From the NCBI GenBank assembly GCA_013239625.1, contig MU055600.1:10701010-10765009 (forward strand): a DNA stretch of 64,000 nt, read 5' to 3'. Below are positions 39,640 to 50,500 of the stretch, piece by piece. How positions within the stretch are numbered: the first letter of the stretch is position 1; each line of letters starts with the position of its first letter. The position numbers and the translations under genes were made by a program. Under the pieces are notes generated by a model. That model ran no database searches and had not been told where the DNA came from. It saw only the letters and a list, made by a program, of their open reading frames with translations. Source of the DNA: Lama guanicoe. Taxonomy: Eukaryota.

Positions 39640-41000
39640 GCTGTGGCGGCCACTGCTTTTGGGAGGCAATGCTTCCAGAATCGGAGAGAGCGCGCCCCAG
39701 CCAGGCGTCTCCCTCCTATGGGAGGCGCTCGGTTTGCAAAGGGTTAACAGCGTTGCTCATGAACTTGGCCTGTCTGTCTGGCTCGTGATGGATGGTGAAA
39801 CCCGCTGACAAGTTCAGCCGGAGGGACCTCCCCTGCTGTAGTGGCGAGAGAAACACACATGCAAAGGGGACCCGGGGCAAGCGGTCAGCGCGCGCGGGCA
39901 AGACAGTGGTTCGGCGGCATGGCAGGGCTACCGACAAGGCGCTTTACTCTGCATACCCTCTCGGCTCCCGCCTCTCCGTGACCGCTCGCCTCCTTCCCTG
40001 GAGCTTTCTGACATCACTGTGGAGCACCAAAGTTTCCCAGGGCTCCGCGCTGGGTGCCCCAGAACCCCCTGCCGGTCTCTGTGAGCAATGCTGGTTGAGG
40101 GGAGCCAGGCGGAGGGAGCCAGCCTAGACTCTGGAGGCCGAGTTCAGCATTTGGACAGCGGCCCTGGGGCGCCGTCGGCCAAGCGCGAGGAGTTTGCAGG
40201 TGCACAGCCCAGGGCGGAGAAGGCGGGGGTGGGGGTGCGCTGGGCGTTGGAGAAGCAGGATCCAGACTGGAGGACACCCCCAGCTCCGCACGGGACACGT
40301 TTCCCCGAGCTAAAATATCCCTCCCAAGCTCACTTGGGGGCTCCGGGACCGTTCAATCCAGCGTGCATACCCTCAGGAAAAGGTAGAACGTCCTCTTTCA
40401 GCCCAGACAGTAGACGCCCCCATCCTCTCAGTTCTCCATTCTCCCCAAAGCATTCTCCCCGGAACCCTGAGCTCAGAGCTGCCAGCGAGGCTTCCAACCC
40501 ACTGCTCCCAGGTTGTTGGTGGCTCTGGACAAGCCTGGCGGCGCGGAGGGAATGAAGGGCTCGAATGGCGCCGCGACTCCCCGGGAAAAGCTGGAGGCAA
40601 GCGGGGCGGGGGAAGGAAGCGCTGGGGCGCGGGGCTGAGCGCCCCTCGCAGCTTGCCTCCGCCCCCTCCATTCCGCACTGGTCGGGGTGAGGGGAGGGGG
40701 GCGGGGGGAGCCGCGCTGACGTCACTGCGGGCCGTGCCCGCCCGAGAAGGCGGCGCTGAGAGCCGCTCAGAGCCCAGAGAAGCCGCGCACCGCCAGTAGC
40801 CCCCGAACCGCCGCTGCCGTGCCCGCCTCCCGCGGCTCTCGGCCATGCGTCCGCCGGGGCAGGGGCGCCTGGAGAGCGGCCGGAGCTGGGCCTGAGCCCG
40901 GGGACGCGCCGGATCAGTGGCCGCGGAGCCGCTGTCCCCGCAGGCGCCCCACCCCCGCCGCTGCCTTGCGGGCCCCCGGCCCCCTTCCCGGTCCGTAAGT
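39640..41000 (+). promoter_or_regulatory. CpG island, likely MIR9-3 host gene promoter / first exon
   Basis: CpG-rich, GC boxes, palindromic CRE TGACGTCA at 40717-40724, candidate donor |gtaagt at 40995. About 6 kb upstream of miR-9-3 on the same strand. Confidence 0.6.
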
Positions 41001-44000
41001 GCCGCTGCCTGCTGTGTCTCAGTGAGGCTGGGGGTGGGGGGCTAGGGCACTAGGGCGGTAGCCTCTCCTAGGGCAGCATCAGGGAGCTGGTGTGGACTGG
41101 GAGAGGGGGCTGGGACATCCCTGCTCAGCCCCCTTGGGCAGCACGGGCGGCTCTGGGCTTCCCGTTGTGGCCGGGCGGGGTGAGGGGTGCGCTGTGACTG
41201 CAGGTGGAAGGCAGGCTCAACCTCTGGGGCCTGACCCATCATCACCAACAAATCAAGGCCAAGGTCAAGGGTCGTGGGGCAGTGGGAAGTACCCAGGGAT
41301 GAGGACTTTGGGTGTGCAGAGAGGGGAGGAGTGCGAGGACCATGGAAGTTGTGGAATGGCAGACAGGTTTAGCAGAAAGGAAAGAATGTTTCCGAAGTGA
41401 GGTTCCCTGGAGTCCCTCGACCTCCCCTGACCTCCCCTCTGCCCCTGACTCTCCTTTCTTCTTATCCCCTCCCCCACAAAAAATAACCCAGAAAGTGGCT
41501 TCCTAAAAAAATATTTTAAGAAATAATGCAACACACAGCACCCACTCTAGACAAGATTTATGGCTCGCTTTCCCCCTCTGTAATGGGAAGTTGTTGGGAA
41601 ATCCTTTCTGCTCTGTTCCCCCCTCCATGTCCCAAAACAGGCCTCCTGGATCTGTTCGAGGGTGTCTCTGCAGCCTCCTCCAGACCAGACACCAGTGAGC
41701 TAGGAAAGAATGAAAATGGCAATGGAGGTTGATGCTGTGGTGCGGGGCTTCTCTGGGAGAAGCCTGGGGAGGGGTGTCTGGGCTGGCCCCCAGCAGTAGC
41801 TGGGAGTGGCTCCAGGTCAGATCATGGGAGCAGTACATGCATCCAGAAATACACAGAAAATACATTTGTGACTGGGGAGAAATAGAGATGCTGGGGCTGA
41901 AAAGGAGCCCCTTTTTGAGCACCCCATATGCTGCAGAATGTGGTTTCTTCAGCTATATGGAAGGAGAGAATGGAATTTGAGGGTCTGGCTTTCAACCAAG
42001 GAACAGAGGCCAGAAGGTAGGATAGGTGGGCACTGAGGTGGGGGTACCATGTAAAGTTCCACCACAGGAGTCTCTATCAGCAATGCCAGCTGCTTGGGAC
42101 CCCAAGGGAGGGGCGCTGCCGTGCCCACGCCTTTTCAGGAGGGGTATTTCCCCGGTCCTGACCAGCCTGTCTTTCCAGAGCCCACACCTGGATGCCTAAG
42201 CCTTAGCTTATGAGGAAAGGGAGGCTGGATGTGGGAGCCATGGAGAGCACTACAGCCCAGCTGACCGCATGTACACGAAAGTGGATGTGGAGGCCCTGGG
42301 GACCCTGGGCGCAGGAAGCTGTGTCTAGCTGAGCTAGTCCAGTGCTGGACTTCCAGACTCCAGACAATAGGAAGATCAGTTTAATCCAAGCTTGCCCCTG
42401 TGGAAGGAACAAGGGAGGGAGGGGGCAGTGGGGAAAGGGCACGCTGGACTCGGCTTAGGTTGTGAACAGAGATACTGTCTCCTAATTAAGGCCCAGAGGG
42501 GCTCAGGAAAGGAGTGCTAGTTCCAGGCTGAATGTCAGGTCCCATAGCTGCATCTGCATCTGCCTGGGCTGGAGTTTGGGAAGCTCCATCCATTTCAGGC
42601 TCCTAGCCTCCAGATGAAGGCAAGTCTGGTGGCAGAATACTGGATCCCTGCATAGAGCTGTTGGCTAGGGTCGGAAATGCCCACTCTCCTTCCATTTAAC
42701 CTGTTAATTCACTGTGTGCTGAAGTGGGGGGGGCACGCTCCTGCAGGTTGTTAGGGCCCTTTCACTGAGTTGTGTAACCACTAAGAGGAGACAGGAACTT
42801 GGCCCAAATCCATCTCAGACAGAGCCCAAACAACTGAGGGTGCCAAATGGTATGAGAACCCTTGTGTACATGCGTGCATGCTCGGGCAAGGTATCTGCCA
42901 CCTGCCTTAGGCTGGCTGCTAGATGGGTGTTTGGGCCAAGTGTGGGAGGATGGATTTTTCAGGTTGTGTGAATCTGAAGGTGTACATGGTACATGTGTGG
43001 CTACAGCAGAAATGGGCATTTTTGTAGATACAGGTGTGTAAGGGGAGGGTGCAGGAGCTTCTCTGTCCTTCGGGGGAGATTCAGGTATGAAAAATCAAGT
43101 CTCTGGCCCTCAGTGGAGGTGCCAAGGAGAGAAGCGTCCTCTTGAGGAGCCACCTGCCAATGGGGTTCTGTCTTCAGTTGTTCTTTTCTTCTGGTAGCTA
43201 CTGGCACCCCTGCAACTTGGTTTGGGACTGTGGGGAGGAGGCTGAGGGAGTCTGGGGCAAAGGGACTGGTGGCACAAGAGGCCCGGCAGGCGGCTCTCAG
43301 AACCATGGTCAGAGCCCAGCCACCACCACTCAACACCCAGCACTCAGCCAGACCAAGTGCACGCTTTCCTGTAACCTTAGGGCCTGTGCTGGAGCCCATG
43401 GGCCAAGGCCAGGAGCTTGGCATGAGACAAAGCACATAGAACTCAGACCCAGTTCAATGTGCGCAGACGAGAGAGTGCTCAGGGCCAGGGCTGATTGAGT
43501 TCTCCCTACTTAGGCTTAGAATCAGCCTGCTCTCAGCCGGCAGTGCCAGGCCCACCCAGTGCACCTCCACCCAGCATCACATGAATCATTTCCTGGGCCC
43601 GAGTCTAAGCTATGCATGGAGGCCAGCCACCGGTCCAAGGAGACTACAGTCAGCCCTGACCCACCAGGGCAGCCTCCTCCCCAAAGCCTATGTCCTCAAG
43701 GTCTGATTTCCCTATGGCCTCCTTCCTGGGAGTACTGCTACTATGGGACACCTGGGACAGGTGCTGGAGGTGGAGGTGGAGGGGTTACTCATTCTGGGAC
43801 AGTCCCACTCAAGCAGGGTGTGGGATTCTTGCTGGCTGACCTCACCTGCTCCCCACCAAGGGACTCAGTTTCCCAAAAAGGGTAGCAGAAATGTGGCCCT
43901 GATCACAGTGGTCTCTCGCATCTGAACTCAATCCAAATCAGGCTTTTAATTCTTTCTCCCAGAGCCCCCACCCGCCCTCAGCTTGCCAGTCAGGCCTCCG

Positions 44001-44157
44001 GTGCCGCTGTGTTACCGTGAGCCTTGCTGAGGAGCCATTTTGTGCAGCATCCTGCTTAAATCACACTCCGAGGGGCTCCTTCTTCTCTCTCTCTTCCCCC
44101 ACGCTCCCTCTCTCCCCTTCCTCTCTCTCAGGTGAACCGTGCTTCTCCACCCCTTCC

Positions 44158-44502
44158 TGCCTCCGCAGCTCCACCCTTCCCACCCGGGGTGGCCCAGAAG
44201 GACTAGGGCTCTGGAGGCCACCCACACACACACACACACACCAAGAAGGGGAGACAGTGCAGGTTCTTGGAGCTGCAGGAGGAGGGGAAGCAAGGGGCGC
44301 CTCCCAATTATGGTAATCCTTTGGAATTATGCCTCCGCACTCCACCCTTCCCACCCGGGGTGGCCCAGAAGGACTAGGGCTCTGGAGGCCACCCACACAC
44401 ACACACACACACACCAAGAAGGGGAGACAGTGCAGGTTCTTGGAGCTGCAGGAGGAGGGGAAGCAAGGGGCGCCTCCCAATTATGGTAATCCTTTGGAAT
44501 TA
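44158..44502. repeat. Near-perfect direct tandem duplication (172 + 173 bp) containing a (CA)n microsatellite
   Basis: 44158-44329 and 44330-44502 are identical except for a 1-bp indel and one CA unit. Confidence 0.9.
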
Positions 44503-45899
44503 ACTGTCTCAGGCCCAAATTCGGGTGGTTCCTTCCTGCTTTCAGCCTCTCTTTCTCCACCGTTCACCTTCTGAAAAAGGGATGTGTATGCAAAATGGGA
44601 CTTGGAGGGGATCTGCATATGCCAGGCCTGGTCTGGCATAAGCTGACTGGGATGGGAGTGGGATGCAGGTTGCCTTGGATTTAGGGTCAGGGTGAAAATA
44701 GAACAAACCTCAGACAAGCAGTGGGGCAACAGGCACTTGAGAAAATTGAGAACTTAACAAAATGGAGACGTGTCATTCTTAGGAGAGAATAGGAGAGAAA
44801 GGGATATTTAGAAAAATCATGAAATCCTTCCAAGCCACCCTCTTTCGCTCTCTTCCTTGGAATGCATCCTTTGGAAGTTTGCCTGGCTGAGAGTGCCTTA
44901 GCTTCCAAGGGTCCACTAACATGAACACTGATGGGTACCTCTGTCCTAACTCACAGGTCCTCTGCTCAGCAGCGGCAAAGTCTCTGGGCGGAGAAAACCA
45001 GTGTGTTGACTGCTGAAAGCCGGGAATCCACCTGCCTGTTCCACTGCCGAATCTCTCACTAGCTCTTGCACTAAATTTCTCTGGGGGCATCTGGAAGCAA
45101 AGATATCACATTTTTCATATTTAATCTTTTGCCTCCCAGAGATGGCCGGTGTGGAAAGGTGAATCCCAGCACCTAAGGCTGGAGAGTAGCCATAGCATCA
45201 AAGAGGAAAGGGGTGATGGCTAGGGTGAGCTAGAAAAGGCACACATGGGTCACTCACATCTGGAAGGCTGCAATGGGGCCTCCAGGTCCGCTGTCAGGCT
45301 TAGGTGGGGGTGATTCTGGGAGGTCCTGGGTGGCAACCTCTTCCCCCTTGTTGAGCCACTTGCAGTGAGCAGCCCAGGTGTGAGCTGAGAGCCCCAGAAG
45401 GAGGGCTGAGGCAAGGCTTTGTGCTTTCATTTTTCCATGGAACATGAATTTAACCGGCATCCCAGTTCGGGCCTAGAGGCCAGGCACAATCAGTTGTACC
45501 TTCCTAGACTTGCTGAGAGAAGAGGAACCCAGCAACCTGGTACTAAGTGCCAGGGCCTGGCCCGAGTATAGCATAACTCGGAAGCCTCTGCGTACCTGGA
45601 AGGCGCTAATGGGTGTGACACCGACTCACGCGCACCAGGACATTTAATTCTTCCCTCCCTTCTCACTCTGTCTCAGTAGGTGGGCTGAATCTACAGCAAG
45701 GTGCTGGGTGTGTGGAGACGGAAGGGGAAGTTAAAGGTGAAAAAGCTCCTACTCTCGGTTCTGGGCCTCCCAAGTGCGCACTTGGCTGCCCTGTAGAGAC
45801 CTTTTACCACGCCCCACCATGCGCATCCTCAAACCTTGTCATCGTAGCTCCCTAACTCTGATGGTCCACGGTGGCTGCCAGCCTCCTTGTCGGTTAGGG

Positions 45900-47450
45900 G
45901 AAGGCAGAGGAGTTGGGGGAAAGGCCAGACGGTGCGCACCCACGCGGGCAGCCTTAATGCTTTTGAGAGCAGAGGGGGAGCTCCCTGCCCTCCCGCAGGG
46001 GAAGCTGTGAACGCCGAGGCCATTGTAAGGCTGGGTGGTGCGGAGCGCGGGAAGGGGGCTGGGATTTGAATGAGAGCCTGTGATTGGCGGATCCCTGGAC
46101 TTACGTCACTTCCCCGCGGGGCGATTAGCCTGCGAGAGAAGGGCTGGCAGTCCAGTGCGCTGGGGGCGGCCGGGGCGCCCGAGGCTGCCGAAGCGCACCG
46201 CGCGGGTGCCCTCAGTGCGCCCCGGGACGCCGTCGGAGCGGCCAGCCAGCTCTGGTGCCCGGACGCACAGAATGGGGAATCGGGAAAGAACGCGCTAGGA
46301 GGGCGAAGGAAGGAGGGATGGAGGGAACTGGGCGGGGGCTGCCGGCCTTGGTTGTGGGAGTCAGTGTGTCTGTGTGTCTGTCGGTCCTCTTTGGCCCTCC
46401 GCGTGCGCCCGGGGTTCCGACAGCGGCTCCCGCTCCAGTTTCCGTGCCTAGTGGGCAGCGGCACGTGGGGCCAACGGCGCGGCAGCGGCGGTGGCGAAAG
46501 GAGGCCCGTTTCTCTCTTTGGTTATCTAGCTGTATGAGTGCCACAGAGCCGTCATAAAGCTAGATAACCGAAAGTAGAAATGACTCTCACAACTTCTACG
46601 TGCGAGCGCCCGCCCCGCCGGCCGCCCCGGCCCGCACGAGCCAGAGGAACCCAGAGGAGCCCAGTGCCGGCCCAGAGGACTCCAGCCCGGCGGAGCGGCC
46701 GCGCCCAGACCAGGTACCTGACCTCGGCTCTCTCTCTGGGGACACTTTCCCTACTCTGGAGGAACTTGCCAGCTTTCCCCCTACTCCTGTTTCTCAGCCC
46801 CCACCCTATTCCCCAGCGCCGAAGCAGGAACCCCAAAGTGGAGCGGGCCGAGGTAAGGGAGGGGGTTGGGGTTGCAGAGGGGTCGCTGGCGGGGAAGGCG
46901 CCAGCCTTCGCCTTCACCCCATAAATCAGGCTGAACAATCCTCTCCCGGAGCTGTGGACGGAGATTTTGGGATGCAAATGTGGTGGGAGAGAGACAGCGG
47001 CCGGTAGGGGGTGGGAGTAGTAGGGAGTGAAAGGGTGGGCAGGGGGCTGCCCCGCCGCTAACAATGCGGCCTTTATCGAATTATTCGACGAGTCAGCCCC
47101 TGAGCATCATTAGCATACGGCTTCGGGNNNNNNNNNNNNNNNNNNNNNNNNNNNNNNNNNNNNNNNNNNNNNNNNNNNNNNNNNNNNNNNNNNNNNNNNN
47201 NNNNNNNNNNNNNNNNNNNNNNNNNNNNNNNNNNNNNNNNNNNNNNNNNNNNNNNNNNNNNNNNNNNCAATGGCTAGGGGCCTGGGCGGGGGCCTCCCTC
47301 CCCGACGGCCCGGCCCTGCCCTGCATACAAACCAAGCGCCAGCGAGCGGGCGGGAGGGACCAAGCTCAACCCCTCGCCACCTCTGCACCAGCCCTGGCTC
47401 GGCCATTCCCACTCATGCCTCCCCAACTTCCTGGAGTGGTTAGGGTGAAT
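45900..47450. promoter_or_regulatory. CpG island surrounding MIR9-3
   Basis: High GC and CpG density. ATTGG box near 46084, TTACGTCA at 46101-46108. Confidence 0.7.
46500..46589 (+). ncRNA. MIR9-3: microRNA miR-9-3 precursor hairpin (5p 46515-46537; 3p 46554-46575)
   Basis: Exact miR-9-5p TCTTTGGTTATCTAGCTGTATGA and miR-9-3p ATAAAGCTAGATAACCGAAAGT. Loop GTGCCACAGAGCCGTC and the synteny with POLG identify paralogue 9-3. Confidence 0.97.
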
Positions 47451-47578
47451 GCAGGCTCCCGGAGCATTCCCCCTACTCTCCCGCATCCCACCCCCTACTC
47501 CCCGCCTGCCCCGTCGCAACATAAGATGTATTACAATGTCTAGCAAATAAAAAAGCAATTGAGGGAAATCTGCATTCT

Positions 47579-47592
47579 GTTCCCATGGCAAC
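47579..47592. promoter_or_regulatory. RFX X-box
   Basis: GTTCCCATGGCAAC, near-perfect palindromic X-box. Confidence 0.55.
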
Positions 47593-50500
47593 CCAATGCA
47601 GCACACCCGGCCAGTTTCCTGGCCCGTCTTAGCTGGGTGTGGGGAGTGGGACGAGCCCCTGCTCACTGCATGGGCATCTGGGTGCCCCACAGTACATAGC
47701 ACTGGGGTCCCTCTTGAGTTCTTATCTGCCTCCAGGTCACTTTCCTCCCTCATGCCTCAACTTGTCTTGAAGCTCAGGGCTCCCTGGAAGCTTGGGGAAC
47801 CGCCTGCACTCCTGGGGATCAGTGGCTGTAGACCCAGCCCTGGACCCTGCCAAGCCTCAGGAAAGAAAGGATCCAGTGTGGGTTCAGACCCCCGATGGTT
47901 GCGGGGCTTTCTAGAAAGGTAGGTGTGTGAGTGCCATGACAGGTAGGCTGGGATGGACTTAAGCCACCACTCTGACATAACTCTCCATCTCATTTCCCTT
48001 TCATACATGAGGAAACAAATCTGGAGGCCTAAAGTGACTCCTCCAGGGTCTCACAGCTCAGACATACAGAGCTGGGCCCAGATCTTATTCCCATCTCTGC
48101 CCATTTCATTCTCCAGAGCCTCTCCCTCAGTTATTTATACGGTCCATCTTTCCCAGCCCCTACCCAGGACCTACCCGGTTCCCTTTTAATAACAGAAATC
48201 TTTTTCCATTGTCATTCCTCCAAGCCTTTTATTCTAGCCTTTGCTTAATTTTTTTTTTGAAAATAGGTTACATGTGTAAAAAGCAAAAATTCAAACAGTA
48301 CAAAAGGGAAATCCATTGGCCCTGGGGAGAGGAAATGTGAGGCTGAGGTGGATGGTGGAGGAAGACTTTTCACTGTATCATCACCTTTTGAATTTTGAAC
48401 CATGTGAATGTGTTAGCTATTGAAAATAAAATTAAAATAAGAAGAAAACAAAAGACCAGGCAGGGAAGTCCAGTTGCCCTCCCTCTGTCCCAGTTCTCTT
48501 CCCTAGAGATAACCACCAGGTAGAAGTTTTCATGGATCCTGTGTGACACCACTCTCCCCCATTTTTAAAGGCTAGTTTCCCTTTTTCCTGGCAAGGGGCA
48601 GGCAAAGAGTGACTGTCTTGTTTCAGGATCCAGGAGTCCATAGGCAGCATCCCCTGGGCAGCCCCTCCCTTCTCAGAGCACCCGGAGCCTATGCGCTGAT
48701 CGTGACCCCATTTCGGATGAAACCAGAGCAGCGCTCCCTGCCTCCTTTCCCAGCCAACTGGCCCTGGGTCTGGGGCTTCCATCTTCCCTTCCCATCATCC
48801 TTATCCTTTGCTATTTTGGAAGAACTAGTCTTTCCGGTAGCCCGGTGGCTTTTTAGCCTCACCACTGTATCTACACAATTCAAATGAGGTTTTTTTAATT
48901 AAAAAATTTTAAACACCAGTGTCCCAAACCTTCTGGGCAGTCCTAAAATCGGAGTCGTGGGGAGGAGGAGTCGGAGCTGGGGGGAGAATGTGGTTTTCTT
49001 TCCGCTTTCTACGAAAATTCGTTGATGCAAACCTCCAAGACAGGCACAGGATCTCGGCGGGGCTTCAGTAGGCAGAGAGCGCTGGAATCCTGATTTCACA
49101 GACCCTGCCCCACACCCACCAAAATCGGCCCTCGGATAGAGGCCAACCTGCAGGATTTGTGCCTCCGGATTTGGGCCTTCAGATATGAGTGCCCACCCCT
49201 AGCAAAGCTATGTTCAAATCCCTCTGGACACTTGAAGCCTGAGTCTCAGACTCAAAATCGGTGCCTCACTCCATCAAACCTCATCTGGCTTTGCCGGGGC
49301 CTGGAGGAGCCGGCTGGGCCTTGGACCTTCTCAGTTCTTCCTCCCATGCCCCAGGGAGGCCTTTCCCCAAGCCTCCTCTGGCCACTAGGCTCCCCATATT
49401 TGGGCTTCATTTTTGCCGCAAGTTTCTGCTACCCTCACTGCACTCAAAAAGGCTTTAGGGAGCCTGAGAACGCAATTGAAGCTACAGTTTGGAAGCCCGG
49501 ATTAATTGGGATCTCAAAGATGCTCTTCACCTAAACCACCTTCATTTCACAATTAGAAATAGCGAGCTCAATAAGGCCCGGTGGCTCGCCAAAGGTCATA
49601 CAGCAAGCCACTGCTGGGGCATGGATAAGGGTAGCCACCGTGGTGAGTTAGGCATCAAGAGCTTCCTTCTCACTTGTCCACGAACTCCCAACCATGAACA
49701 ACTGTGGGACACGGAGGGCCTCTGCCCTGGCGAATGAAAAGCTGGTATCACTGGGCGCCGCCGAAAATCAGGCTGCAGCGCGGGGAGAGCCTGATCTAGA
49801 TTGGTCAGGGAGCTCTCCATGGCCGCGGGCCGACCTCCCGGGAAATGGGACCAGACCGCGGAGGGAGCGAGGCCAGAAGGCCTCCCNNNNNNNNNNNNNN
49901 NNNNNNNNNNNNNNNNNNNNNNNNNNNNNNNNNNNNNNNNNNNNNNNNNNNNNNNNNNNNNNNNNNNNNNNNNNNNNNNNNNNNNNNNNNNNNNNNNNNN
50001 NNNNNNNNNNNNNNNNNNNNNNNNNNNNNNNNNNNNNNNNNNCCCCCAAACGCGCTTGCCCCGCGCCCTCGGGTCTGCGGGCTGAGTACTAATCCGCCGG
50101 CGCTCGGCGGCCCTGAACATGCAGCGCGCCGGGCGGGTCCAGTCAGCTGGGTTGTGCTGGCCTGTAAGACTAGATCGGAGAGATGCAGGGAGAGGTCAGC
50201 CCCGACACCCGGGACAGTTCCTGCGGTATTTGTGCGCCCTCCAGGACCCAGGTGACGAGGCTCGGTCAAGAAAACTGCCCGGATTTCTCCAACCCCGGTA
50301 TGCGCACCCACAGCAGCGGCCCCATAGAGGCCGCGGCGCCATTTTAATACCCTTCATCTCCCTCTTGGCATCTCCCTTTCTCGCGTGTGTGTCGGGGTGC
50401 CTCGGTCCCCTATCCCGCCTAGACTTTAGCCCTCCTCCAACAGCCTGGATAGTGACCAATCAGCTCTGGCCTAGGGTGGGATGCGTCACCATGGCGACGG

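Noticed and set aside
45829-47064. Long ORFs (up to 211 aa) around MIR9-3
   Set aside because: Stop-poor GC-rich DNA with ORFs on both strands. No homology recognised.
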